Shown here: one piece after another, positions 1 through 7,527 of the stretch
Layout: the number at the start of each line of letters is the position of its first letter
How positions within the stretch are numbered: the stretch's first letter is position 1
Assembly (NCBI GenBank): GCA_964556725.1
Contig: CAZKYA010000001.1
Coordinates: 1-36,398 of the forward strand
Source of the DNA: an uncultured Pirellulales bacterium
GTDB lineage: Bacteria > Planctomycetota > Phycisphaerae > Sedimentisphaerales > Anaerobacaceae
Length of the DNA stretch: 36,398 nt
Direction: 5' to 3'
Made by a program: the position numbers and the translations under genes
Notes under the pieces: generated by a model
Told to the model about the DNA's origin: nothing
What the model saw: the letters and a program-made list of their open reading frames with translations, nothing else
Database searches by the model: none

Positions 1-54
1 AAAACAATACAGGATTTGATTTACTATCAGTATGTGAAGATAATCGTGCGGAGG

Positions 55-89
55 ACAGGTTTATAAATGCACGGCCAAGATGGCCGTGC
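55..89 (-). terminator. Putative intrinsic terminator downstream of the sigma factor gene
   Basis: There is a perfect 9-bp stem (69-77 gcacggcca pairing with 81-89 tggccgtgc) with a 3-nt loop, 43 nt past the stop at 132. On the minus strand the stem is followed by ATTTATAAAC, which is T-rich but not a clean U-run. Confidence 0.4.
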
Positions 90-131
90 TACGATATAAG
101 CCCCGAAGCAGGCCCGGAGCTAAACGAACCC

Positions 132-872
132 CTACCCTTCGTTCATATACTCATAAAGCTTGGTAAGCGCGTCACGCCGTATCTGCCGAATCCTTTCCCG
201 TGTGAGGTTCATTTTCTCGCCGATTTTTTTCAGCGTCATCGGCTTGCTGCCGTCCAGCCCGTAATGCCATCTCAGAACATTAGCTTCTCTCGGCTCGATT
301 CTATCGAGCAACCTCATAGCTTTTGCCTTTTCCTCACTGGCAACAAGCGCATCTTCCGGCTTGCCCGTGTTTTCATCCTCCAGAGTTGCATCGAGCATTT
401 GATTTTCGTCTGTCTCATCGCCGCCGGCTTCCCCTGCGAAGCTGAGAACCTCAACAATCCGATGTATGATTTTTGCCTTCCGCAGCGGCAGCCCCATTAT
501 ATCGGCCATCTCTTCAACATTCAGCGTCCTGCCAAGTTTGCTCTCCAGTTCCGCAGCGGTATGCCTCCATTGATTTATCAATGCTACCATATAAGTTGGA
601 ATATGCACCGGCTGAACATTTTCCAAAAGCGCACGCCTGATACCTTGCTTTATCCACCACGCAGCATACGTACTAAACCGAACCCCACGGTCAGGGTCAA
701 AGTAATCAACGGCTTTTATAAGGCCGAGATTACCCTCCTCAATCAGGTCACCGAGACTCATCCCCCGGTCAGCGTATTTCTTGGCGATGTTAACGACCAG
801 CCGAAGATTGCTTCGCACCAACTGTTCCCTCGCCCACGGGTCGTTATCTTCAACGACCAGCGTGCCCAACAT
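132..872 (-). CDS. RNA polymerase sigma-70 family sigma factor (regions 2, 3 and 4 present). Coordinates are for the first-ATG ORF; the true start is probably upstream (see finding).
   Basis: Region 2 motifs are AREQLVRSNLRLVVNIAKKY, EGNLGLIKAVDYFDP and FSTYAAWWIKQGIRRAL. Region 4 is a helix-turn-helix, LTLKKIGEKMNLTRERIRQIRRDAL. A region 1.2-like peptide, DVTIKEYLKEIDAASLLTLEQE, is encoded in frame immediately upstream of the ATG at 872. Confidence 0.9.
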   Translation of the reverse strand: MLGTLVVEDNDPWAREQLVRSNLRLVVNIAKKYADRGMSLGDLIEEGNLGLIKAVDYFDPDRGVRFSTYAAWWIKQGIRRALLENVQPVHIPTYMVALINQWRHTAAELESKLGRTLNVEEMADIMGLPLRKAKIIHRIVEVLSFAGEAGGDETDENQMLDATLEDENTGKPEDALVASEEKAKAMRLLDRIEPREANVLRWHYGLDGSKPMTLKKIGEKMNLTRERIRQIRRDALTKLYEYMNEG

Positions 873-1231
873 ATGCTCCTGCTCTAATGTCAGCAGCGAT
901 GCTGCGTCTATTTCCTTCAGATATTCTTTTATGGTAACGTCAAACGCTATAGCTCACTCCCGCCCAGCCAAAAGTCTCTCGACTCCAGCCATAAGGGCAA
1001 ATTTGACCACAACCCTGCCTTCATTGAACCTCTTTTGCAAAATGAGGTCACTATCTTATAGGACGACCGCTTCCTCACGGATTCCATCTGGGATATCGGT
1101 AAAATATACCCCCAAGTTTACAAGTCCCTTATCAACCAACGCATCAGCAGCAATGCCGATAATGCTTATAAACGATTAGACGAGACGGCGTTGAATAAAC
1201 CATATCGTCTTGCTTTCTGCAGGAAAAATGC

Positions 1232-1259
1232 TTGACTAACTACAGAAAATATAGATACT
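1232..1259 (+). promoter_or_regulatory. Weak candidate sigma-70 promoter for the aminotransferase operon
   Basis: TTGACT (1232-1237), a 16-nt spacer, then GATACT (1254-1259), about 135 nt upstream of the ATG at 1396. The -10 matches the consensus at only 4 of 6 positions. Confidence 0.2.
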
Positions 1260-1395
1260 TGGGTCAAAAACTATCATAAACAAAGCATCTATAGTGAAAA
1301 AATGCTGTTTTGGAGATGTGGCGTAAAAATTCATAGGATTAAAGCCGCTGGCTGATGAAAAAAGCTGAAAAACAAATACTTACTAATACATTGTT

Positions 1396-2634
1396 ATGAA
1401 ACCGACAATATCAAAAAAAGCGAAAATATTTAAACACTCAAAATCACCTGTGCGAGAAATAATGGATTATGCGAATCCAGCTTATTTTAAAAAAATTGGT
1501 CTCGACCCCGCTGAAGTTATTTCATTTGTGGGTGGATGGGTTAATCACCAGTCCCCGAAAGAACTGCAAGAATCCTATCTTAACATCATACAAGATAATA
1601 AGCGATTTCACATCTCGGGCGGTTATTCCCCAACCATCGGCTTTCCTGAATGCAGACAAAGCATAGTTGATTATGAAAAACACTTATTCAAGATAGAAGG
1701 GCTAAATCCCAACCATATTGCCATCGGCGCCAACTCAACACAATTAACTACAAACCTAATACAAATTTTACTCGACAATAATGATAAAATTTTGTTATTG
1801 GACCCCTCCTACTGTAATTACCCGGCCCAAATTATATCTGTAGTGGGTGCGGAAATTCTACGTTTTCCTGTTATAGATGTGGACTCATGGACATATATTG
1901 CAGACCAAAAAATTGATGAATTCAAAAAATTTATTTTAGAAAACAAGCCAAAGGTCGTGCTGCTAATATCTCCCGATAATCCAACTTCTCAGGTCCCATC
2001 TGACAAATTCGTGGAAGCCGGTTTGGAAGCGGCCAAAGAAATCGGAGGTTTTCTTGTCATCGACTACGCTTATAAAGAAATATTATTCAATAAAGAACCT
2101 CCGGATTACTATTCCTGGGCACCGAATGATAATTACATCTCACTTCACTCAAATTCCAAATGGTGTCGCGGCCTTGGCCGCCGACTGGGATGGATCGAAG
2201 CTCCTGAATCGATAGTAGAGTTATTTGATTCCGTTCAAGCTACATCTATACTATGTCCGGACTCTCTGCACCAAATGGCTTTGGTAGAATATATGGAAAA
2301 AGCAATCAAAAATAATTCTATAAAACCCTACCTTTATAATATGAACGAACATTATAAAAAAGCCGCCGAATTTACCTGTTCATGCATCCATTCACAGCTC
2401 GGTTTACCCTGTTTACTACCACAAGGTGGTCTATATAATTGTATAAAGATTGATGAAGATGGAACCCAATTTGTTGAAAAAATACTTAAAGAAACAGGAG
2501 TTCTTTTTGTTCCAGGATGGGGTTTTGGAAAGACACTACAAAATGCCGTTCGTATTTCATACGGACCACTTGTATATGACCTCGAAAAGATAGAAATCGC
2601 AATGCAGAAGGTAGGAAGATTTCTGCGCGGCTAA
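1396..2634 (+). CDS. PLP-dependent aminotransferase, class I/II (AspC-like fold type I)
   Basis: 412-aa ORF. It has the SPDNPTSQ motif (NPxNPTG-like), SNSKWCRGLGRRLGW (SxSK PLP-lysine followed by an RxG motif) and a C-terminal VRISYG motif. G+C is markedly lower than in neighbouring genes. Confidence 0.8.
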   Translation: MKPTISKKAKIFKHSKSPVREIMDYANPAYFKKIGLDPAEVISFVGGWVNHQSPKELQESYLNIIQDNKRFHISGGYSPTIGFPECRQSIVDYEKHLFKIEGLNPNHIAIGANSTQLTTNLIQILLDNNDKILLLDPSYCNYPAQIISVVGAEILRFPVIDVDSWTYIADQKIDEFKKFILENKPKVVLLISPDNPTSQVPSDKFVEAGLEAAKEIGGFLVIDYAYKEILFNKEPPDYYSWAPNDNYISLHSNSKWCRGLGRRLGWIEAPESIVELFDSVQATSILCPDSLHQMALVEYMEKAIKNNSIKPYLYNMNEHYKKAAEFTCSCIHSQLGLPCLLPQGGLYNCIKIDEDGTQFVEKILKETGVLFVPGWGFGKTLQNAVRISYGPLVYDLEKIEIAMQKVGRFLRG

Positions 2635-2797
2635 CTCAATTTAAGAGTATGTATCAACCGCAAAAACGCAATGTATGCAAAGAAAGAATAAAAATTAGAA
2701 AATCCTCACGCTCTTTGTGGCCCTTGTGGTTATTTCTAAATTTCGCGGTTACACCGTTGTGGGATACTCCCTAAAATCTATCCTGGAGGGAAAAATA

Positions 2798-3625
2798 TTG
2801 AACGACAATATTCAAGAACTAAAAGAACTGGCTCGTCTGATTAGAATCGATATTGTTACAATGATATATAAAGCAGGCGACGGACATCCTGCTCCTGCTT
2901 TATCGGTGGCAGATTTAATTACCGCACTGTATTTCAATATTATGAGAATCGACCCCCAAAAGCCTAATTGGGAAGACCGAGACCGATTTATTTTGTCAAA
3001 GGGGCATGCATGTCCGGCACTATATGCAGCTCTTGCAAGAAAAGGTTATTTCCCCCACTCTGATTTAACAGGCCTTCGTTCATTAGAATCTCATTTGCAA
3101 GGGCACCCGGATATGAACAAAACACCCGGAGTTGACACCACATCTGGGTCGTTAGGCAATGGGGTCTCTATCGGTTTAGGGATGGTTTTAGCCAGCCGCT
3201 TATTGGGCAAAGACTTTTTTACTTATGTTATCACGGGAGATGGCGAAATCGAGGAAGGTGTGATTTGGGAAGCTGCTATGTCAGCAAAAAAATATAAAGC
3301 GGGCAAATTAATCGTTTTTGTTGACAACAACGGGGTTCAAAGCAGTGGACCTATTGAGCAAGTCAGTGGTTTGTATCCAATTTTACCGAAATGGGAGGCC
3401 TTTGGTTGGCACTGTCAGGAAATAGACGGACATAATTTTGCCGAAATCATCCAGGCTGCAAACCATGCAAAAGCAAATATTGAACAGCCATCTTTAATCC
3501 TGGCACATACTGTCAAAGGCCAAGGTGTGCCTTATATGATTGGAGATAACTCCTGGCATAAGCGAGTTCCGACAAAAGAGCAATTTAAAGAAGCAATGAT
3601 TGCCCTGGGAGGAGAATACCAATGA
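2798..3625 (+). CDS. Transketolase, N-terminal (thiamine-diphosphate-binding) subunit
   Basis: Motifs are GDGHPAPALSVADLITALYF, DRFILSKGHACPALYA and the TPP motif GDGEIEEGVIWEA followed by VDNNG. I chose the TTG at 2798 because GGAGGG (2785-2790) lies 7 nt upstream. The in-frame GTG codons at 2717 and 2759 are alternatives. Confidence 0.85.
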   Translation: MNDNIQELKELARLIRIDIVTMIYKAGDGHPAPALSVADLITALYFNIMRIDPQKPNWEDRDRFILSKGHACPALYAALARKGYFPHSDLTGLRSLESHLQGHPDMNKTPGVDTTSGSLGNGVSIGLGMVLASRLLGKDFFTYVITGDGEIEEGVIWEAAMSAKKYKAGKLIVFVDNNGVQSSGPIEQVSGLYPILPKWEAFGWHCQEIDGHNFAEIIQAANHAKANIEQPSLILAHTVKGQGVPYMIGDNSWHKRVPTKEQFKEAMIALGGEYQ

Positions 3626-4569
3626 GCAAAATTGGTAATACACGAATTGCTTTTACGCAAAGCTTGATGGAAATCGCCGAAGATGACCCAAAAACAGTAT
3701 TGGTTTGCGCCGACTCTGTGTTAGTAATAAGGGGAAACCCCTATGTTGATAAATATCCTGACCGGTTCTTTGATTTTGGCATTGCCGAACAAAATGCCGT
3801 CAACTGTGCAGCCGGAATGGCTATCTGTGGTTTGATACCGTTTGTAGCTACCTACGCCGGTTTTATAACAATGAGAGCTTGCGAGCAGGTTCGAACATTT
3901 GTCGCTTATCCCGGATTGAATGTTAAATTTGTTGGTGCGAATGGCGGTATTTCAGCAGGGGAAAGAGAGGGCGTAACTCATCAGTTTTTCGAAGATATCG
4001 GCATTATGCGAACGATTCCCGGCATTACCATAGTAGTTCCAGCCGACCCGTCACAGGTTATTCAAGCAACCAAGGCAATTCATAAAATTTATGGCCCTGC
4101 ATATCTCAGGATAGGCAGTGGCCGTGACCCTGTGGTCGATATTGATATACCGTTTGAATTAGGGAAAGTCAGAATCTTAAAAGAGAATGGATACGATGTT
4201 GCCCTCTTTACGAATGGCTTTGTTATCAATCGAGTCTTGAAGGCCGCTGACGTCTTAAAACAAGAGGGTATTAACGCTATAGTCATTGATGTACATACGT
4301 TGAAACCATTAGATACAGAAGCTATCATAAAAATACTCCAGCGAACGGGTGCTGCTGTTACTGTTGAAGACCACAATATCATTGGTGGCCTTGGCAGCGC
4401 TATTGTGGAGCTTAGTGCAGAAAAGCTGCCGGCGCCGATTATTCGTATAGGCCTTAAAGATACCTATCCTCGCTCTGGAGCTCCCGACCCATTATTAGAC
4501 TATTATGAAATAGGGGTGGCCGATATTGTCAAAGCAGCAAAAAAGGTAATGCAGAAAAGAGACCAATGA
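3622..4569 (+). CDS. Transketolase, C-terminal (pyrimidine-binding/C-terminal domain) subunit
   Basis: The ATGA overlap with the upstream subunit indicates translational coupling. Motifs are FDFGIAEQNAVNCAAGMA, a GVTHQ segment and TVEDHNIIGGLGSA, typical of split transketolases. Confidence 0.88.
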   Translation: MSKIGNTRIAFTQSLMEIAEDDPKTVLVCADSVLVIRGNPYVDKYPDRFFDFGIAEQNAVNCAAGMAICGLIPFVATYAGFITMRACEQVRTFVAYPGLNVKFVGANGGISAGEREGVTHQFFEDIGIMRTIPGITIVVPADPSQVIQATKAIHKIYGPAYLRIGSGRDPVVDIDIPFELGKVRILKENGYDVALFTNGFVINRVLKAADVLKQEGINAIVIDVHTLKPLDTEAIIKILQRTGAAVTVEDHNIIGGLGSAIVELSAEKLPAPIIRIGLKDTYPRSGAPDPLLDYYEIGVADIVKAAKKVMQKRDQ

Positions 4570-4602
4570 CGTTAATCATAAGAAAACGAAAGGATAACTC
4601 CA

Positions 4603-5262
4603 ATGCCTAAAAAACGGTTAACTCTTATTCACACCTCAGCGGTAATGATTCCTATCTTCACGGAATTGTGTAAAGAATTGTTACCTGATGTCGAAGTAGT
4701 GCATTTCGTTGACGATAGCATATTGAAAGACATCATACGTAATCAACAACTCTTAAAACCAACTGCACGAAGGGTGGTCGGGCATATTATTTCCGCAGAA
4801 CAGGCCGGTGCTGATTTTATTATGGTAACGTGTTCCTCAATTGGCGCTGCCGCAGAACTGGGGCGTGAATTAGTAGATGTGCCGGTTTTACGAGTTGACC
4901 AGCCGATGGCTAATCTGGCAATCAAAAAAGGGCCTCGAATAGGCGTCGTCGCCACATTGCCTTCCACTTTAAATCCTACAGCAAAATTGATTGATGCAGA
5001 AGCAAAGAGAGAAAAACAGAAAATAAAAGTGATTACTAAACTGTGTGAAGGCGCATTTGAAGCTGTAATTTCCGGTGACGGTAAAACGCATGATAGAATC
5101 GTCGGCACCGCAATCAGAGAATTAAGCCAGCAGGTAGATGTTATTGTGCTTGCTCAGGCATCAATGGCGCGAGTTGTAGATAATCTGCCGGCTGAAGACA
5201 AAAAAATCCCTATTTTATCGAGTCCAAGACTTGCTGTAGAGCATCTTGCAACTTTAATTTAA
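4603..5262 (+). CDS. Asp/Glu/hydantoin racemase superfamily protein
   Basis: 219 aa. The layout is two half-domains: LIHTSAV near the N-terminus, a VTCSSIG cysteine motif, IGVVATLPST and VLAQASM. Only the first catalytic-cysteine position holds Cys; the second motif reads AQAS. The family call is from pattern recognition only. Confidence 0.55.
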   Translation: MPKKRLTLIHTSAVMIPIFTELCKELLPDVEVVHFVDDSILKDIIRNQQLLKPTARRVVGHIISAEQAGADFIMVTCSSIGAAAELGRELVDVPVLRVDQPMANLAIKKGPRIGVVATLPSTLNPTAKLIDAEAKREKQKIKVITKLCEGAFEAVISGDGKTHDRIVGTAIRELSQQVDVIVLAQASMARVVDNLPAEDKKIPILSSPRLAVEHLATLI

Positions 5263-5315
5263 GTATACTGTAATACATATTCTTGGTAGAAACACAATCT
5301 CTTACGGAGAAAGAA

Positions 5316-6440
5316 ATGTTTAAAAAAGCATTGAACACGATATATCGTACCTGCTTGTATCTATCTGGTGCATGCCTTATCGGTTTTATTGGTTGCTGGA
5401 TAGCAGGATATGTGGCGGAATTCAGATTTTTGCCGGTATGGGGGACCATTTTATTGGTGATTGGGTTATCGAGCGTTCCTTCGTTGAAAGGGTATCGCTT
5501 TACAGTTTGCATCTTAGCTGCGGTAACGACAGCTATGATATACCCCAACTACTTTTCTGAAATCGGCGGCGTAAACTTACAAAACCTAATTCCATTTGTA
5601 GTTGGGTTGGTTATGTTCGGTATGGGCACACAAATGAGCGTCAATGACTTCATCGGTGTTGTTAAGATGCCAAAAGCCGTAATTATAGGAATTGCATGCC
5701 AGTATACGATTATGCCTTTGACTGGATATGCCCTGGCAAAAACGATTGGCTTCCCACCGGAAATTGCTGCAGGAATAATACTAATTGGCTCCTGTTCGAG
5801 CGGCCTTGCATCCAATGTAATGGTTTATCTTGCCGGAGCCAATCTTGCTTTGTCAGTTACTTTGGTAGCGCTGGCCCAATTGCTTGCACCGGTCGTAACG
5901 CCTCTCTGGATGAAAATATTAGCCGGTGAGTTTGTTCAAATAGCTTTTTTAAAAATGATGACAGATATTATTTATATGGTTATTTTACCAATCTTTGCCG
6001 CACTACTTTACAATAAGCTTCGGAAGGAGCGATTAAAATTACTGCACAGTTTAATGCCGGTTTTATCTATGGCTGGTATTATTTATTTTACTGCTATTAC
6101 TACAGCCGCAGGCAGAGACAATCTGCTTCAAGTAGGAACCCTGCTTGTTCTGGCGGCCATTTTACACAATTCAGCCGGCTATTTATTAGGCTACTGGGGT
6201 GGTCGTCTGTTCGGTCTGGACAAAAAATCCTGCAGAACGATAGCAATTGAAGTCGGACTGCAAAATGGAGGAATGGCCTCCGGCCTTGCCGAAAGAATGG
6301 GCAAACTGGCGACTGTTGGTCTCGCAGCAATTATTTTTAGCCCCTGGATGAACATCTCTGGTTCTGTACTGGCTAACTTCTGGCGAAAACGACCAGTTAT
6401 AAATCAAGAAACTGCAACCCCATCAGCAGAAGTGGCATAA
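5316..6440 (+). CDS. Bile acid:sodium symporter (BASS/SBF) family transporter
   Basis: A multi-TM protein with SBF-like motifs GMGTQMS, GIILIGSCSSGLASNVM and EVGLQNGGMASGLA. I preferred the ATG at 5316 because GGAGA (5306-5310) lies upstream. The ORF is open from the TTG at 5283. Confidence 0.75.
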   Translation: MFKKALNTIYRTCLYLSGACLIGFIGCWIAGYVAEFRFLPVWGTILLVIGLSSVPSLKGYRFTVCILAAVTTAMIYPNYFSEIGGVNLQNLIPFVVGLVMFGMGTQMSVNDFIGVVKMPKAVIIGIACQYTIMPLTGYALAKTIGFPPEIAAGIILIGSCSSGLASNVMVYLAGANLALSVTLVALAQLLAPVVTPLWMKILAGEFVQIAFLKMMTDIIYMVILPIFAALLYNKLRKERLKLLHSLMPVLSMAGIIYFTAITTAAGRDNLLQVGTLLVLAAILHNSAGYLLGYWGGRLFGLDKKSCRTIAIEVGLQNGGMASGLAERMGKLATVGLAAIIFSPWMNISGSVLANFWRKRPVINQETATPSAEVA

Positions 6441-6458
6441 ATTGGTTAGGAGAGAGGT

Positions 6459-7382
6459 TCAAGCGGTTTCTGAAGGGTAGGAAGCCGCCCGGTTTTTATA
6501 TTCTTCCAAAAATTTCAGCCACTTTGTCCAGCCGCCTTTGTAAATCTCGCTTGATACCAGAAAGCCATCATTATGGCTGCCGAATATCTCGATAAACTTT
6601 TTCGGCTCATTCGCCGCCTCGTACAGCTCCAGACCAAAATCAAATGGCACAACCTCGTCATTCCTGCTGTAAATCAGCATCGCCGGACAGAAAACGTCCT
6701 TTATATAATCGATAGTCCTGTAGCTGAATCTCGCAAACCATCGCACAGGCATATAAGGGTAAAACATCTTACCAATGTCAACGTATGAAGTAAAAGTGCT
6801 CTCAACAACCAAGCCCCCCACCTTGACCCTGCTGGCCAATTGTGCTGCTATACTTCCGCCAAGAGACCTGCCAAAGACAATAATATTATCCGGCTGTATC
6901 TTTTTTTCTTCAGTCAGCCATTTGTATGCAGCCAATACGTCAAGATATGTCCCTTCTTCGCTGGTTTTGCCTTCACTATTGCCATAGCCGCGATAGTCGA
7001 AAATAAAGCAATTTAATCCCAGATTACGAAAGATATTTATGCTGTCCAAACAGTGCATCATATTGCCCCCATTGCCGTGGCAGAACAGAACCGTGAACTT
7101 TGATTTACCTGCAGGCCTGGTTACAAGCGAACCGCCTGGCTGGACCGATGCACCTTCGGCCAGGTCTTCTAACAGAGCTGGGATATACCAGCCGCTCAAC
7201 TGCAGCCCATCATCGCTTTTGAAAACCACATCTTCAAAATCAAGCCCCAAGTCACCAGGTGTATAAGAAACCTCCCGAACGGGACTATACAGAAACTTCG
7301 GCTGCATAATATAAAGCACCACCCCCCAACCCCAATAGGCCACAAACAACAACACAAATATATATATCAACATCGAACCCAT
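6459..7382 (-). CDS. Alpha/beta hydrolase with an N-terminal membrane anchor
   Basis: An N-terminal TM helix is followed by FCHGNGGNM (oxyanion-hole region), the nucleophile elbow GRSLGG and a C-terminal GSHND histidine region. Confidence 0.75.
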   Translation of the reverse strand: MGSMLIYIFVLLFVAYWGWGVVLYIMQPKFLYSPVREVSYTPGDLGLDFEDVVFKSDDGLQLSGWYIPALLEDLAEGASVQPGGSLVTRPAGKSKFTVLFCHGNGGNMMHCLDSINIFRNLGLNCFIFDYRGYGNSEGKTSEEGTYLDVLAAYKWLTEEKKIQPDNIIVFGRSLGGSIAAQLASRVKVGGLVVESTFTSYVDIGKMFYPYMPVRWFARFSYRTIDYIKDVFCPAMLIYSRNDEVVPFDFGLELYEAANEPKKFIEIFGSHNDGFLVSSEIYKGGWTKWLKFLEEYKNRAASYPSETA

Positions 7383-7492
7383 TTTTATAAGCGGGAGAAT
7401 AGTTTATTATTCCAACACGCCGACAACAACTATTTTGCCAAAGTATCTGGCCTGCGAATAGGAACAACCGACCCTGCAGGCCGTATTTTAAT

Positions 7493-7521
7493 TTGCCCAA
7501 CATAATAAAACAAGCTACAAT
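7493..7521 (+). promoter_or_regulatory. Candidate sigma-70 promoter directly abutting the ispG start codon
   Basis: TTGCCC (7493-7498), a 17-nt spacer, then TACAAT (7516-7521). The only usable in-frame start (GTG 7528) lies 6 nt after the -10 hexamer. Confidence 0.3.
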
Positions 7522-7527
7522 CTTGAT

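Noticed and set aside
264-887. A 207-aa plus-strand ORF, and the 132-aa ORF at 781-1179.
   Set aside because: The first lies entirely antisense to the well-supported sigma factor gene, and the second runs through the divergent promoter region. Neither has recognisable motifs. Long antisense ORFs are a common by-product of codon bias.
954-956. Possibility that the in-frame TGA upstream of the sigma factor is recoded (code 4/25 or selenocysteine).
   Set aside because: TGA clearly functions as a stop elsewhere in the window, at the transketolase N-subunit (3623-3625) and plsC (19432-19434). I saw no SECIS-like context.
2635-2797. A 163-nt spacer upstream of the transketolase genes, examined as a possible TPP riboswitch.
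   Set aside because: The conserved TPP-riboswitch elements (CUGAGA and ACCUGAUCUGGAUAAUGCCAGCG-like) are absent, and there is no convincing stem architecture. The spacer may simply hold the alternative GTG starts or an internal promoter.
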